A stretch of DNA of 62,938 nucleotides, filler included, from Octopus bimaculoides (lineage: Eukaryota): the NCBI RefSeq assembly GCF_001194135.2. It is 5 parts of 4 records of this genome, joined end to end, with 100 filler letters (N's around TTAATTAATTAA, not from the genome) between each part and the next. Parts side by side here need not be neighbours in the genome. Positions count along the whole stretch, not along the records: positions 58,534 to 62,938 come from NC_068987.1; 4 more parts are not named here. One strand, written 5' to 3'. Position numbers and translations under genes: made by a program. The notes under the pieces are model-generated. The model worked only from the letters and a program-made list of their open reading frames with translations. It searched no databases and was not told the DNA's origin. Below, piece after piece: positions 61,901 through 62,938 of the stretch (positions within the stretch are counted from its first letter, which is position 1; each line of letters starts with the position of its first letter).

Positions 61901-62326
61901 NNNNNNNNNNNNNNNNNNNNNNNNNNNNNNNNNNNNNNNNNNNNNNNNNNNNNNNNNNNNNNNNNNNNNNNNNNNNNNNNNNNNNNNNNNNNNNNNNNNN
62001 NNNNNNNNNNNNNNNNNNNNNNNNNNNNNNNNNNNNNNNNNNNNNNNNNNNNNNNNNNNNNNNNNNNNNNNNNNNNNNNNNNNNNNNNNNNNNNNNNNNN
62101 NNNNNNNNNNNNNNNNNNNNNNNNNNNNNNNNNNNNNNNNNNNNNNNNNNNNNNNNNNNNNNNNNNNNNNNNNNNNNNNNNNNNNNNNNNNNNNNNNNNN
62201 NNNNNNNNNNNNNNNNNNNNNNNNNNNNNNNNNNNNNNNNNNNNNNNNNNNNNNNNNNNNNNNNNNNNNNNNNNNNNNNNNNNNNNNNNNNNNNNNNNNN
62301 NNNNNNNNNNNNNNNNNNNNNNNNNN

Positions 62327-62374
<48 letters not shown>

Positions 62375-62376
<2 letters not shown>

Positions 62377-62710
62377 TCAGGGTAGGGAAGCAAAACTTGG
62401 AATATCTTGGAAGCCTTATTTTTCATATATTCCTGAGTGTAAGTACTAACATATTGTTTTCTATTTCAGGGTGGAGTTACATAAAGTTAATTAAAGCAGA
62501 AATTCCAGTCATACGATCTAGCATGTCCACTCAAGAAGCCAAGAGACAACGCATTGCAGATTTGCTTCGTGCCAGGGCTGCAATTAGACGTATTGCTGAG
62601 ACTGTCGGGGCCTCTGTGAGCGCTGTCTACAACAATAAGAACCGAATGCTGGATATGGGAGGCATCAAGAGAAAGCAAGGAAGTGGAGGCATAAAGAAGA
62701 GAAATTCGAA
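62375..62710 (+). mobile_element. Tc1/mariner transposon 5' fragment (HTH DNA-binding N-terminus of transposase)
   Basis: ATG 62523 gives MSTQEAKRQRIADLLRARAAIRRIAETVGASVSAVYNNKNRMLDMGGIKRKQGSGG (HTH plus RKxGSG linker); CAGGGT-like terminus near 62378; no DDE domain follows. Confidence 0.75.
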
Positions 62711-62799
62711 ATTTATCCCTAATAATTCATCCATAATGGTGATTTGGATGTTGGCTATTCCTTCTAGCGTGCCAGATATCTCTTTATATATATATATAT

Positions 62800-62938
62800 A
62801 TGGGAGAATTTACGAAAAAACCCCCCCAAAAAACAGACGAAGACAGGTGGTGTAAACAACAAATGGATGTATTAGTTTAACTCTCGGGAATAGAGAAAGT
62901 CTTTGACGTTTCGAGCCTACGCTCTTCAACTGAAAGGA
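62800..62938 (-). mobile_element. Family D repeat copy with hammerhead-shaped module
   Basis: Reverse complement of 1290-1425; runs off the end of the window. Confidence 0.8.

Noticed and set aside
55138-62855. Long ORFs of 300-530 aa in the ORF track
   Set aside because: They consist almost entirely of X from N-gaps plus dinucleotide repeats.

Overview
Eukaryotic, AT-rich, microsatellite-saturated and gappy genomic DNA. The interspersed repeat repertoire looks like an octopus/cephalopod draft assembly (inference). The one confidently supported host gene is a minus-strand Misato homolog (MSTO1, tubulin/FtsZ-like), ATG 19191 to TGA 4329. Thirteen coding exons were traced by hand with GT-AG boundaries and consistent phases. 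One further exon is required by phase and homology and must lie in the N-gap 9487-10047. Intron 1 holds an intact tRNA-Thr(TGT). The rest is mostly mobile DNA: several tRNA-headed SINE families, LINE fragments (CR1/L2, RTE, R4/Dong, L1/Tx1), DNA-transposon relics (hAT and mariner MITEs, Chapaev3-like, Tc1-like) and two fold-back elements. Most noteworthy: (1) a tRNA-headed short element carrying a minimal hammerhead ribozyme (33782-33827, minus strand); (2) two other repeat families with hammerhead-shaped folds but altered cores; (3) a (CCCTAA)n-(TTAGGG)n palindrome at the centre of a fold-back element; (4) up to four decayed, co-oriented class-A GPCR-like relics between 21.7 and 36.2 kb (moderate to low confidence). 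Nearly all supplied ORFs are microsatellite or N-gap artefacts. Homology calls come from my recollection of family motifs, not from database searches.
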